From the NCBI GenBank assembly GCA_965198225.1, contig CBDAOY010000006.1, forward strand, positions 544,001 to 608,000: a stretch of DNA of 64,000 nucleotides. Direction: 5' to 3'. Within the stretch, counting starts at the first letter, position 1; each line of letters starts with the position of its first letter. This document shows positions 49,943 through 60,519 of this stretch, piece by piece. A program made the position numbers and the translations under genes. The notes beneath the pieces are model-generated. The model was not told the DNA's origin. It saw nothing but the letters and a program-made list of their open reading frames with translations, and searched no databases. This stretch comes from Terriglobia bacterium (GTDB lineage: Bacteria; Acidobacteriota; Terriglobia; 20CM-2-55-15).

Positions 49943-52606
49943 TTATGGCGCCGGCACGAGTTCCTTCAGTTCCTCGAACCAATTCTGCACAACGATCACG
50001 CGCACCGAATCATCCGGATCTTCCTCGACCATCAGGAACCGTCCGTCCGCAGCCACGTCGTATGAGGTTCCCGGGCCGGGGCCCTTCCTGAATCGGTCTT
50101 CTGGGAAGAGTGGTTGCGGGGTTGAGTACCCCAGCGGATCCGTCGTGATTTGGACGGCCATCATCGTGCTGTCACTTCGATAGTAAACCTCTCTCCCGTT
50201 GCGCGCCCACACCGGATCGGTTCCACCTTCGCTCGAAATCTTGGTCCAACTTCCCGAAGTCGATGGGTACGGCTGCACAAAGATCTCGTTCCGGCCTGCC
50301 TCGTCTGAAACATAGGCGATAGACCTGCCATTGGGAGAAAACATCGGCGACATTGCGCCTGCTGGAGTCACGAGGAATTCCTCGACCCCGCCAGCCGACA
50401 ACACCAATATGCCGCTACCGATGCCCGTGCGAGTTCCCGAGAAGGCCAGTGTCCCGTCCGGCGAATAAGAACCGGGTATGTCCGTGCTGTCGTTCGATGA
50501 CGTCAATTGTCGGTCCCCACCGCTTCCATCCACACGAATCGAATAGATATCCGGCTGCAGGCCGGCTATTCTCTCGAACGTGAGCTCGGCTCCATCGGGG
50601 TTCCAGACGGGAAGCATATTAGCGAACCTGTAACCATCAGACGTGGCCCGCCGAGGGTCGCCGGTCACAAGATCGTGAACCCAGATGTCGAACGCCCCAA
50701 AGCCACCGCCGGAGAACCACGCGATGTGGTTGCCTTCCGGAGACAACCTTGGGGCGGCGTAGGGTCCAGCCGGTAGGCCGCGGACGAGCTCAGTCCTTCC
50801 TTCGCGATCCACCCAAACCAGCCTGTGTCGAGGTTCGGCAACGTCACCGGGTACGTACATCAACAGTCCGGTGTCGGAAAAGCTGAACTGCGAGACGCCT
50901 TGTTTTCCCCGCAAGACGTTTTCTACGACCGGGACGGGCGTTCCGGTCACTTCGAGTCGGGCCGGATCGAACGGAACAGCCAGGATCCGGTTGCCCTGGG
51001 CATAGACCAGGTGTCGGGTCGGTGCGTACTGCGGCTGCGTACCGGGCAGCAGAATTCTCGTGCTGGCATCGTCGAATGAGTAGACGGCGATCTGACCGTC
51101 TTCTCCACTCTGCTGTTCCGTCCATACCGTGAAGAGCACAGCCCGACCGCCGGGGAGAAACTTTGGGAGACGGTGACTGGTTTCCCCGTCGGCCAGCGTC
51201 GTCAACTCCTTGGGCTCACCGCCGTCAGCGGACGCCGTCCACAGGGCGGATTGTAAATCCGGTGCAATGACGAGATCGCCGCCCTCCCCCCACGTTATTC
51301 CGCCGAACGGATACGGTCCCGGGATGGCGACCGGAGCCCCACCGGTAATCGGCACTTTCATCAACCCGGTGTTGGTCCCCCTATAGGCCACCCATACTCC
51401 GTCGGGTGAAAACACCAGTGAGAAGGCTGCGCCGACCTCTATCGCTTTCATGTCAGGGGCGTCGAGAGGTCGAAGCAAAAGGCCTCCTGAATCAGGGAAC
51501 GTGCTGTACACGAAGTGGGAGCCGTCGGGAGAAACGAGTACGGCCGGATTTGGGGTCCGGATTGCCAACTGCTGCCTGATTGGAAGCACAAGCTCAGTGC
51601 GAACTACGTTGGCGGGGTCGGGTTCATTCCAAGTCGCGACTGCAGTTATGATGCCCCCGACAACGAGCCCCGCAAGGAGAGCTACTGCGGGTAGTGCGAT
51701 CCAACGGCGACGCTCCGTCGGCCGGTCGCTGTCAGAGGGAGCTTCATCGGCCGGCCCCGTTACCGCTTCGCCGATCTCGATGCGGGCATCCGCCATGTGG
51801 TGCAGGCGGCGATTCCGATCTTTCTGAAGACAGCGTTCGACGAGTTTCCGGACACCGTATGGAAGCGTCTTAGGCAGGGAAGACCAGTCGGGATCGTCGC
51901 GCATGAGGTGCGCAAAGATGTCTCCGACTGTCTCTCCCGCGAAGGCACGACGTCCCGTGAGCACTTCGTAGAGCACACATCCGAACGCCCAGATATCGGT
52001 ACGTGTATCGACCGGATCGCCTCTCACCTGTTCCGGGCTCATATAGGCCGGGGTCCCGCGGATCGTTCCTTCCAGCGTCGGTTCCGGAAGCGTGGCGGTC
52101 GGCATCCGAGACAGGTCGGCTCCGGATGCTTCGACCGCGAAGGCCTTGGCCAACCCGAAGTCCAGGACCTTCACCTTGCCTTCCGGTGTCACCTTGATGT
52201 TGGCGGGTTTCAGATCCCGATGAATCACACCCTTCCCGTGGGCCGCTTCGAGCGCCTCGGCAATCTGGAGAGCGAGTTTGAGGGACTCTTCGACAGGAAT
52301 GGCGCCGCGTTTCAACCGATCCGCCAGCGTGTCGCCTTCGACAAGTTCCAGGACCAGAAAACGTGTCCCGTCGGACTCCTCGAGTCCATGGATGGTGGCG
52401 ATGTTCGGATGATTCAGCGATGCCAGCAGTTTCGCTTCGCGTTCAAACCGGGCCAGCCGTTCCTCTTCCTTCGCGAACTCCTCGGGCAGGGTCTTGATCG
52501 CAACCTCACGTCCGAGCTTGCTATCCCTCGCACGCCACACTTCCCCCATGCCGCCCTTGCCAAGCGGGGAGAGGATCTCGTAGCTGCCGAGTTGGGTGCC
52601 GATCAT
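49943..52606 (-). CDS. Ser/Thr protein kinase with TM helix and TolB/PD40-like propeller
   Basis: GKGGMGEV, VAIK, HRDLKPAN, DFGLAK; repeated SPDG; VVQNWFEELK tail. Confidence 0.95.
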   Translation of the reverse strand: MIGTQLGSYEILSPLGKGGMGEVWRARDSKLGREVAIKTLPEEFAKEEERLARFEREAKLLASLNHPNIATIHGLEESDGTRFLVLELVEGDTLADRLKRGAIPVEESLKLALQIAEALEAAHGKGVIHRDLKPANIKVTPEGKVKVLDFGLAKAFAVEASGADLSRMPTATLPEPTLEGTIRGTPAYMSPEQVRGDPVDTRTDIWAFGCVLYEVLTGRRAFAGETVGDIFAHLMRDDPDWSSLPKTLPYGVRKLVERCLQKDRNRRLHHMADARIEIGEAVTGPADEAPSDSDRPTERRRWIALPAVALLAGLVVGGIITAVATWNEPDPANVVRTELVLPIRQQLAIRTPNPAVLVSPDGSHFVYSTFPDSGGLLLRPLDAPDMKAIEVGAAFSLVFSPDGVWVAYRGTNTGLMKVPITGGAPVAIPGPYPFGGITWGEGGDLVIAPDLQSALWTASADGGEPKELTTLADGETSHRLPKFLPGGRAVLFTVWTEQQSGEDGQIAVYSFDDASTRILLPGTQPQYAPTRHLVYAQGNRILAVPFDPARLEVTGTPVPVVENVLRGKQGVSQFSFSDTGLLMYVPGDVAEPRHRLVWVDREGRTELVRGLPAGPYAAPRLSPEGNHIAWFSGGGFGAFDIWVHDLVTGDPRRATSDGYRFANMLPVWNPDGAELTFERIAGLQPDIYSIRVDGSGGDRQLTSSNDSTDIPGSYSPDGTLAFSGTRTGIGSGILVLSAGGVEEFLVTPAGAMSPMFSPNGRSIAYVSDEAGRNEIFVQPYPSTSGSWTKISSEGGTDPVWARNGREVYYRSDSTMMAVQITTDPLGYSTPQPLFPEDRFRKGPGPGTSYDVAADGRFLMVEEDPDDSVRVIVVQNWFEELKELVPAP

Positions 52607-52618
52607 TGCGTGGTCCGA

Positions 52619-52670
52619 CTGTAGGTGCGCTCTATGAGCGCACACGGGCGGTCATAGACCGCCCCTACAG
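52619..52670. repeat. GTAG-REP inverted doublet
   Basis: ctGTAGgtgcgctctatgagcgcac-ac-gggcggtcatagaccgcccCTACag; same family as 14243-14512. Confidence 0.88.
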
Positions 52671-52766
52671 AAGAAGCGACGAAAACTGAAGAAATACTAT
52701 GGGAGGCCGGAGTTGAACGCAATAGAACGGTCACATGCCGGGCGATGGTAAGGACCCGCCCAGTAC

Positions 52767-54092
52767 CTAATCATCAAACAATCCCGATGTTGCGAGCTGT
52801 CTGGCTATCCGCAGCATCTCGTTCCTCTTCCCTTCCTCCGTATGAGTTCCGAACCACGCGACGACAACGTCGTTGGAGGGGGAAATATACAGGCCTTGAC
52901 CGCCGGACCCGCCTTTGTAGAAATCACCGTCAGACGTGACGATATCCCACTGGAAAGAGTTGTGGCGGAAGGAATCGTCTCCGAGTTGCGCTTGCCGCCG
53001 ACGCCGGCCTTCCGCAGAGGTCAGTTGGGGTCGTCCCCCGTTTTGAATCTTGTCTAGGTAGGCATCGGACACGGCCGGGGCGCTTCCTCCACGACCCGAA
53101 GGAGTGAACAACATCCCATAACGGGCCAGGTCGCGCAGGTTGGTGCTGACGCCGCCCGCTGACATGGCGTCGCCGTTTGGAGTGGTCGCGATGAGAGCGT
53201 CGGACTCCGCGCCGGTTCTCTGCCAGATCTCCCGTTCGACGAAGTCCGAGAACCGCTCCCCTGAAACGGTTTCGACAAGCCGATTGAGGACCTCCGTATT
53301 GACCGACGTGTAATCGAATACCTCGCCGGCCGGTCGGAGTGTTCCCATCTTCCGGACCGTTTCCATGGGATCGTCCTGCACGCGCGCAGCCATCGGCCAA
53401 CCGAAAGCATCGTAGAACCCCCAGAAACACGAATCGGCATCTTCGTGCACTTCAGGGCAATCGATACCCGACGCCATGTCCAGGATGTCGATAACGCGGA
53501 TGCCTTCCCAGGCTGTTCCGCTGAGCATCTCGAGGTAGGTATCGATGGGCTTGCCGACGTCGATTCGGCCGCGGTCTTCAAGGATCGCCAGGGCGGTTGA
53601 GACAAATGTCTTCGAAACCGAAAACCAGATGTGCTTATCGTTCGGACGCATGCGGGGGTAGTCTTCGAAGACGATCCTCCCTTCGTGAACAACGATGGCA
53701 CCGTCCACGGGGGAGTTTCTCACATACTCCGCGAGCTTCTTTTCGCCCTCCTCGCCCCCCGCCACGAAGTCAGCAATTGCCTCCTGATGGTCCACCCGGA
53801 GCTCTCTGGTTCGACCCTTTCGATTCAGAACGATGTGACCCCAGAACTCGGACATGTTCAGAAAAACGTAGCGGGTAAAATCCCCGCCCTGAGTCCAGGC
53901 GGTAAAGGGATAATCGAACAGTTTGTGGAATTTCTTCGCTTCTTCGAGCGTGAAGGACTGGTAGTCCGAGCCTTCGCAAGAACTCATGCCGGCACGGGCC
54001 GGGGCTTTCTGTCGTTCCGTACCGGAGCGCTCTGCTGCTGTAACAAGTGACGACGCCAGTAAAAGCAGAGTGAAAGTGATCGTGTATTTCAT
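52767..54092 (-). CDS. Exported serine hydrolase (6-aminohexanoate-dimer hydrolase-like)
   Basis: Signal peptide; FSVSK, LDMASG, FDYTS, LRDLARYG, GSGGQ. Confidence 0.88.
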   Translation of the reverse strand: MKYTITFTLLLLASSLVTAAERSGTERQKAPARAGMSSCEGSDYQSFTLEEAKKFHKLFDYPFTAWTQGGDFTRYVFLNMSEFWGHIVLNRKGRTRELRVDHQEAIADFVAGGEEGEKKLAEYVRNSPVDGAIVVHEGRIVFEDYPRMRPNDKHIWFSVSKTFVSTALAILEDRGRIDVGKPIDTYLEMLSGTAWEGIRVIDILDMASGIDCPEVHEDADSCFWGFYDAFGWPMAARVQDDPMETVRKMGTLRPAGEVFDYTSVNTEVLNRLVETVSGERFSDFVEREIWQRTGAESDALIATTPNGDAMSAGGVSTNLRDLARYGMLFTPSGRGGSAPAVSDAYLDKIQNGGRPQLTSAEGRRRRQAQLGDDSFRHNSFQWDIVTSDGDFYKGGSGGQGLYISPSNDVVVAWFGTHTEEGKRNEMLRIARQLATSGLFDD

Positions 54093-54235
54093 GACTTAAT
54101 AACTCCCAGAAATCGTCTTAGCGTGAACCCATCTCTGCCCGTCCTGGGGCGAGAGTCATAGGTCGCGAAAACCTGTCCCTCTGTGTGATCCGACGCCCTT
54201 CTGCTGAAGGATCAGGGAAGCTCGAATCGCAAGGA

Positions 54236-54608
54236 TCAAGGAACCCGCACCCGTTCCTTGAGTTCTTCAAACCAATTCTGCACCACGAGCAATTGCCTCG
54301 GCGCAGATTCTTCCTCCGTTTGCTCGGCTCGCTTCATCATCAGGAACAGGCCGTCAGGGGAAATGTCATAGTCTGGACCGTCGGCGACCGGTCTGGAATA
54401 GAACCGGTCCGGGAATAAGACCTCGGGGCTCCCTGGCGTGAAGGGGCTCGGTCTCGGTGCGGACCACCATCATCGCCTGCCCGCTGCGGTAGAACAGCTC
54501 TCGTCCCTGCGGTCCCCAGACGGGCGCTCCTCCCCCATCGCTTGAGATCGGCCACTTTCTTTCCTCCACATTGGTGAAAGGCCGAACGTAGACTTCAAAC
54601 CGGCCCGT
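54236..54608 (-). pseudogene. C-terminal remnant of a kinase-TolB protein
   Basis: EVYVRPF..WPISSDGG.APVW..GRELFYRSG..MMVV, YDISPDG.FLM, QNWFEELKERVRVP*, with frameshifts. Confidence 0.8.
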
Positions 54609-54708
54609 CTAGTCCTTGGACTTCCCGGGCCGGGCGATCCGGCGCAAGCGCGAGCGGTCTCGGCCAGGATTCTTCGTTCCTCGGCTACCGTCGTTTCGAC
54701 CCCCGGAA

Positions 54709-57249
54709 TCATCCGGATTGGTCGGAATCCAGCACGGCCCTGACCTCGCGGGCCAGCGATTCCGGCGTGAAGGGTTTCGGTATGAAAGGAACGTCGGGAT
54801 TCTGCTCACCCGCCTTGAATCCCTGGTCGTCATGGGCCGACATGAAGAGGCACTTCATTGCCGGGCGTCCGGCTCGGACCCTCCGGGCCAGCTCCGGACC
54901 CCTCATTTCAGGCATGACGATGTCGGTGAGAATCAGGTCTACCCGAGGCACCGAAGAGGCGGCCCGGAGAGCCTCGCGGCCATCCGCCGCCTCGATCACG
55001 CTGTATCCCTCCCGCTTCAGAATCTGAGCGATCAGGCCCCGGACGAACTCGTCGTCTTCGGCGACGAGAATCGTCTCGCCAGCCGATGCCGGGGCAGAGT
55101 CCACGGGATGGCGGGCCGGCTCCGGCTCGATCTCGTGATCGGTCGGGGGGAAATGCACGGACACGGTCGTGCCCCGGCCTGGCTCGCTGTCGATGGCGAC
55201 CCAGCCGCCGCTCTGTCGGACGATGCCGTGCACCGTGGACAAACCCAGACCCGTACCCGCTCCAGGCCCCTTCGTGGTGAAGAACGGTTCGAACGCCCTG
55301 GCCCTGGCCTCTTCGTCCATGCCGGTCCCGGTGTCGCGGACGGAAAGGCGAACGTAGGGACCGGGCGCCGCTCCCGAATCGCCGGCCCCCTCTACTCCCG
55401 GCTCGGTGTTCGCGGTCTCGATGGTGACCCGACCCCCTTCAGGCATGGCGTCCCGTGCGTTCACCACCAGATTCATCAATACCTGGTCCAGCTGGTTGCG
55501 GTCGGTTCGCACCCTGAGCACATCCGGCTCCAGGTCGGTCGTCAAACGCACGTCTTCTCCGATGAGCCGTTCGAGCATTCCGACCTGCTCAGTGACGACC
55601 GAGTTCAGATCCATCGCCACGGGGCGTAGGCGTTGTCGGCGGCTGAAGGCCAGCAACTGCCCCGTGAGTTCCGCGGCTCGGTTCGCCGCCTTCTCGATCC
55701 CGACGATTTCCGGCGCCGAATGCCCGACATGTCTGCGCAGGAGATCGACGTAACCGATGATCACCGTGAGCAGGTTGTTGAAGTCGTGGGCCACGCCTCC
55801 GGCCAGCCGGCCGATCGATTCCATCTTCTGAGCCTGCTGGAGCTCCTCCTCCAGGGCGTGACGCTCGGTGACGTCGATCCAGTAACCCACGATCTGGACC
55901 GATCCGCCGTCCGCCCCCCGAACGAGTTGGACCGAGTCGTTCATCAACCGGTATTCGCCGTCCCGTCGGCGGAAGCGATACTGATAGTTTCGCGCTCCGG
56001 TCTCGAACAGCTTCGCCCGCTCATCGAGCACGAGCACCACGTCCTCGGGATGGATCTTCTCCATCCAGAAATCGGGATGGTCGAGAAAGTCGTCAGGCTC
56101 GTAGCCGAGGTGGTCCTTGACGTTCTCGCTCATGAACGTCGTTGTCGCGTCGTCGCCGTAGCCCTCGACCGTGTAGATCATGGCGGGGCTGGACTGGACG
56201 AGCCGATGGTACAGGTCCACGGCCTTCTGCAACTCCCTCTCCGACTGACGCTGCGACGTGATGTCGGTCGCGGCGATGATCGTCCTGGAGTAGTCCGGGT
56301 TCCCCTCCGACACCGGCACAGCCCAGCGGGCGAAGAGTTCGATGTCGCGACCTGCGACCGTGCGGGCCCCGATCTCGTCCTCGAAACTCGTCGCACCCTG
56401 CCAGATCGCCTCGACGAGACTTCTCATCATCTGCCGCAGCCGATCTTCTCTGGGTCGAGGAAACCCGTTCTCCAGACTCTGCCTCGTCGGCGCCTCGAAG
56501 AGCCGCATGCAGGCCTCGTTGAAGGCGACCTGGCGGATCGTCGACACGACCTCCCTCCACTCTTGCGGTCGCTCGTCGATGTACTCGAGGATCCGGCTCA
56601 CACCTTCCGCCCGCAGTTTCTCGATCCAGCGCGCCACGCCCGAGTAATCGGATTCCCACATCGCCACAGGCGCGTGCTCGAAGAGTTCCCGGTACCGGGC
56701 CTGGCTGGCTCCCAGCGATGCTTCCACCACCTTCAGTTCGGTAACGTCCACGGCGGCCAGAAGGACCTCGGAGAGGTCGGGGCGACCGTCAACTTCGGTT
56801 ATCTGGATGGAGAAAACGACAGGGACCGAACGCCCTTTGAGAGTGAGAGCGTCGCCGTGAGACTCAAACCGCACCCGCCCTTCCCACAGGTTCTCGAGAA
56901 ACTCGAGCGTGCGACGGGGGTTGCTCCCGGCCGGTTGCGCCGGGAAGTTCCGGATAAACTCTTCCTCATTCCTGGCCTCGAAGAGCCCCAGCGCGGCCGC
57001 ATTGGCGCGGATGGGCCGGGCCTTCCCGCGGAGGGACCGCATTGCATCCGGATTTTCCTTAATGTAGGCGGCGAGATCGCGGACACCTCTCCGACGCAAT
57101 GCATCCATCCAGTCTCCGACGGCACTGAAGTCCGTCTTCCAGATCGCAACCGGAGCTTGATCGAACACCCGCCCATACTGCTCTGCACCGGCAGAAGGCA
57201 CACCTCGGGACGAGCCGTGCTGACCGGGTAACCGTTCGGATTTACTCAC
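54709..57249 (-). CDS. Hybrid multi-PAS sensor histidine kinase with receiver domain
   Basis: PAS repeats; GVAHDFNNLL, NARDAM, FFTTK, GTGLGL; ILVAEDD, LTDIVMP, KPF. Confidence 0.95.
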   Translation of the reverse strand: MSKSERLPGQHGSSRGVPSAGAEQYGRVFDQAPVAIWKTDFSAVGDWMDALRRRGVRDLAAYIKENPDAMRSLRGKARPIRANAAALGLFEARNEEEFIRNFPAQPAGSNPRRTLEFLENLWEGRVRFESHGDALTLKGRSVPVVFSIQITEVDGRPDLSEVLLAAVDVTELKVVEASLGASQARYRELFEHAPVAMWESDYSGVARWIEKLRAEGVSRILEYIDERPQEWREVVSTIRQVAFNEACMRLFEAPTRQSLENGFPRPREDRLRQMMRSLVEAIWQGATSFEDEIGARTVAGRDIELFARWAVPVSEGNPDYSRTIIAATDITSQRQSERELQKAVDLYHRLVQSSPAMIYTVEGYGDDATTTFMSENVKDHLGYEPDDFLDHPDFWMEKIHPEDVVLVLDERAKLFETGARNYQYRFRRRDGEYRLMNDSVQLVRGADGGSVQIVGYWIDVTERHALEEELQQAQKMESIGRLAGGVAHDFNNLLTVIIGYVDLLRRHVGHSAPEIVGIEKAANRAAELTGQLLAFSRRQRLRPVAMDLNSVVTEQVGMLERLIGEDVRLTTDLEPDVLRVRTDRNQLDQVLMNLVVNARDAMPEGGRVTIETANTEPGVEGAGDSGAAPGPYVRLSVRDTGTGMDEEARARAFEPFFTTKGPGAGTGLGLSTVHGIVRQSGGWVAIDSEPGRGTTVSVHFPPTDHEIEPEPARHPVDSAPASAGETILVAEDDEFVRGLIAQILKREGYSVIEAADGREALRAASSVPRVDLILTDIVMPEMRGPELARRVRAGRPAMKCLFMSAHDDQGFKAGEQNPDVPFIPKPFTPESLAREVRAVLDSDQSG

Positions 57250-57894
57250 GATTCGGCAACCTTCCCTTCACGCCATTCTAAGTCCTCTCGGGCCGCTGCG
57301 TCACGATCAGGAGCCGATCCGCGAGGTGTCGTCTCAGGTTCGAGTGAAACGGCCCGACGCCTGCCCGGGATCTCCGCCAAGCTTCCAGGACTCTCGACGG
57401 CCATGATTATCTTGTGGTTGTCCACCCTGGGAACCGACGCCACCACGATTCTAACGCGAATCGTTGCGCGCTGGAGGCGGAGGCTGCCATGCAAACAAAG
57501 AGACGCCGAGCGGCGTCGGAAGCAGTTCCGGAAGCGTAAGGTGGCTGTTTCAACAGAGGCGAGCGTGAACAGTGTCTCTAATGAAAGCCCGCCAGCGTAG
57601 GGTCGTTTGCGTGTCGAACACATGCGTCCATCAAATCCGCAGCTTGAGACCGCTCTCGACGTAGCTGTCATCGTTGCCGCACAGGCCACGATCCCGCTCG
57701 TCATCCTTCAGGAGCGGGAATTAGACGAATCATTCAGCCACGGCAGACGGATGCCCTACAGCACTGCCCTTTTACCTTGGCGGCCGTCCCGGGAATCCGC
57801 ATATAATCCGCTGGCGTGACTCTGAAAGCCCGGACTCCATCACAATCGCTTGGCGTTTCTTTGTCTCAACAGGTTCAAAGCGAAGGAGCTACTG

Positions 57895-60138
57895 ATGAAC
57901 TGCCGACGTACTTTCCTACTGCTTTTCGTATTGACCGTGCTCTCTGCCCGGTCGGGCGCCCAGCAGATGCGCCCCATCAGCCCGGAGATCGCCCTCGACG
58001 TGCGGACCGCGCGGATCGCGGCGGTCGCCGACGACGGCAGCCGCGTTGCCGCAACGGTGCAAACGCGGCGCGAGCGCACCGACGTGGACCACCGGCGCTA
58101 CGGCGATCCGACGTACATCTCGCCGGTCTCGACCCGATTGATGGTCATCGACACTCGTTCAGGTGATCAGACCTGGTTGCACGAGGAGCCGGCGAGGATC
58201 CGAGGATTCGCCTGGTCGCCGGACGGCATGCGCCTCGGCTACTTCATGGTGGAAAACGACCGCTACACACTGCGCATCTTCGATGCGGCTTCGGGAAATA
58301 CGACAGCCGTCGCGGTGAACACCGACAAGGAAATCGCGTCGTCGTCGTTGCTGGAGTGGTCGCCCGACGGCGCCACGGTCCTCCTCGGTCTGCGCCCCGA
58401 TGGATGGGCGGATGAGGCACGCCGGGCGTTTGTCGCCCTCACCGAGGCCGCGGTAATCGTGCAGGACTCGCGCAACGACTTCCTGGCCTGGGACCGCGTC
58501 CGCAACATCGCCGACCAGCAGGTCACGGCGCTGGTGTCCGTGGCCGACGGCACGGTGCGCGAAATCCTGAGTGATCGAACGCGGGGCGTGGGCTTCTCGG
58601 AGGACGGTGTCTACATCACCTACTCCACGGCGACCCGCACCAAGACGTCGTACACGCGCCGCGACGGCACCGACTACGAGATTCTCATGCTCGCCCTGGA
58701 CGGTGGCGAGCCGGCGTCGTTCCTTGGCCCGGGTGAAGAGCGCATCAACGCGTCGTGGACGGAGACGCGGGATGCCTTCGCCTACAGCGAAGACGGCTCC
58801 GTCTTCGTGCGGCACCTCGGCGAAGAAGAAGCGGTGGACGTCACGGCGGCGCATCGCGCCCCCAAGGAAGACGATGAGGCCGGCACGGCGGAGGTAGAGC
58901 CGGAGCCGGATCGCGAGGATCTGGAACCCGAGTTCTCTGTCAACCGCTGGAACTTCGCGGGCACCCAGCTCCTGCTCACCACCGAGAAGGGCTGGCATCT
59001 CCTCGATCTCGCGACCGACACGGTTCGGGACCTGCTCGTGCTGGAAGAAGACGAGGACGCCCGCCCCCGTCGCAGTGTGCAGGCGTGGAGCGAAGACGGG
59101 CGCTACCTCTTCTTCAGCTACTCGGCGCACGATCATTGGGAGCGCGGCTTGAAGCGCCTCGACGTCGAATCCGGCGAAATCGACGCGCTGTTGCTCGATC
59201 GGAACCGCTACGGCTCGTGGAACATCTCCGATGACGGCAACACGATCGTCTACACGATGTCCGACGGTGACCGCCCCGACGAGATCTGGGTCACCGGTCA
59301 CGACTACGCAGCGCCGAAGGCACTGACTTCTTCGAATCCCGACCTCGCGGACGTCGCGCTTGCCCGAACCGAGCTCGTCGACTACCTCGACGTCGACGGC
59401 AACACGCTCTACGGCATCCTCTATTACCCGGCCGATTACGAAGAGGGCCGTACCTACCCGCTGGTGGCTGAGATCTACGAAGAGTTCTTCGACAACGGCT
59501 ACAACGAAAACATGAACCTGATCACGGCCCAGGGATGGTTCGGCTTCCGGCCGTCGGTGCACTTCGAAGAGGGCTACCCCGGCGAGGCGTGGCTCAAGGC
59601 GGTTCCCAGCGCCATCAATAAGCTCATCGAGCGCGGCCTCGTGAACGAAGACAAGGTCGGCGTATACGGACAGAGCTACGGCGGCTACGCCACGAATTTA
59701 CTCATCACCCAAACCGACCGCTTCGCCGCCGCGGCGAACGTGTCGGGGAAGGTGAACATGGTCTCGTTTCTCGGTGACTCGCCGAAGATCACGACGCGCA
59801 ACTACGCAGCGGCCGAGGTCGGCCAGGACCGCATCGGCGCGACGTTGTGGGAGCAGCCGCAAAAGTACATCGAACACTCCGCGGTGATGTTCGCCGACAG
59901 GATCGAAACGCCCCTGCTCATGCTCTCGGGTGAAGGCGACTGGAACGTTCCGGCCACCAACCAGCGGGAGATGTACTACGCGCTGCGCCGCCTAGGGAAA
60001 GAGGTGGTATGGGTGCACTACACCAGCGGCGGGCACGGCGCCGGTCGCGCCAGCACCTCCGAGGACTTCGTCGATCACTGGCAACGCATGTTCGACTGGT
60101 TCGCCGAGCATTTCACAGCCGACGAGGGTGAGTCCTAG
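57895..60138 (+). CDS. S9 prolyl oligopeptidase family serine peptidase
   Basis: AAGGAG RBS; signal peptide; propeller; GQSYGG, GEGDWNV, GGHG. Confidence 0.92.
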   Translation: MNCRRTFLLLFVLTVLSARSGAQQMRPISPEIALDVRTARIAAVADDGSRVAATVQTRRERTDVDHRRYGDPTYISPVSTRLMVIDTRSGDQTWLHEEPARIRGFAWSPDGMRLGYFMVENDRYTLRIFDAASGNTTAVAVNTDKEIASSSLLEWSPDGATVLLGLRPDGWADEARRAFVALTEAAVIVQDSRNDFLAWDRVRNIADQQVTALVSVADGTVREILSDRTRGVGFSEDGVYITYSTATRTKTSYTRRDGTDYEILMLALDGGEPASFLGPGEERINASWTETRDAFAYSEDGSVFVRHLGEEEAVDVTAAHRAPKEDDEAGTAEVEPEPDREDLEPEFSVNRWNFAGTQLLLTTEKGWHLLDLATDTVRDLLVLEEDEDARPRRSVQAWSEDGRYLFFSYSAHDHWERGLKRLDVESGEIDALLLDRNRYGSWNISDDGNTIVYTMSDGDRPDEIWVTGHDYAAPKALTSSNPDLADVALARTELVDYLDVDGNTLYGILYYPADYEEGRTYPLVAEIYEEFFDNGYNENMNLITAQGWFGFRPSVHFEEGYPGEAWLKAVPSAINKLIERGLVNEDKVGVYGQSYGGYATNLLITQTDRFAAAANVSGKVNMVSFLGDSPKITTRNYAAAEVGQDRIGATLWEQPQKYIEHSAVMFADRIETPLLMLSGEGDWNVPATNQREMYYALRRLGKEVVWVHYTSGGHGAGRASTSEDFVDHWQRMFDWFAEHFTADEGES

Positions 60139-60428
60139 TGACCTGTTACAGGTCAAGTGGCCTGTAACAATGCTATCGGTACCATCGCCGATGGGTCTTG
60201 CGGGCGAGGTCGAGGAGGGAGACGGAAAGCGATGCTCTTTCATCGGTGACGGCTTCCGACAAAGAGATCGCCCGCAACCCCCATCGGCCCGAAGGGTTCG
60301 GCGGAACGGCGCCGTCTTCGTTGTCGTAACGCCCTCGCAATGAAACAGCATTGGCTCGGGCGTCACTCCTAGAATCCGACGCCGTTCCGCCGAACGCTGG
60401 TACCGATAGCACTGTTACAGGTCACTAG
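60135..60428. mobile_element. MITE-like element with CTAG ends
   Basis: agtggcctgtaacaatgctatcggtacca (60156-60184) is inverse to 60398-60426 (27/29); an extra end copy ctagtgacctgttacaggtca lies at 60135-60155; no convincing gene inside. Confidence 0.8.
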
Positions 60429-60519
60429 AACCAGCCCACGCGACACCCGCCAACGTCGAGGAGGCGCTGGCTCGGCGTCCAGGCGCGAACAGAGCCTGCT
60501 TCACCTGAGCGTAGTGGTC

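Noticed and set aside
52607-52645. Extended kinase N-terminus MCAHRAHLQSDHA
   Set aside because: Falls within or next to the REP; ATG 52606 matches the family start
55633-57231. Long antisense ORFs (also 14865-16079, 29886-31256, 58159-59562, 19117-20118)
   Set aside because: Shadows of well-supported genes on the opposite strand in GC-rich DNA; no motifs
57250-57890. Riboswitch, ncRNA or small gene in the long intergenic gap (also 5223-5720 and 62600-62900)
   Set aside because: No recognisable motif or convincing ORF by eye; an Rfam search would be needed
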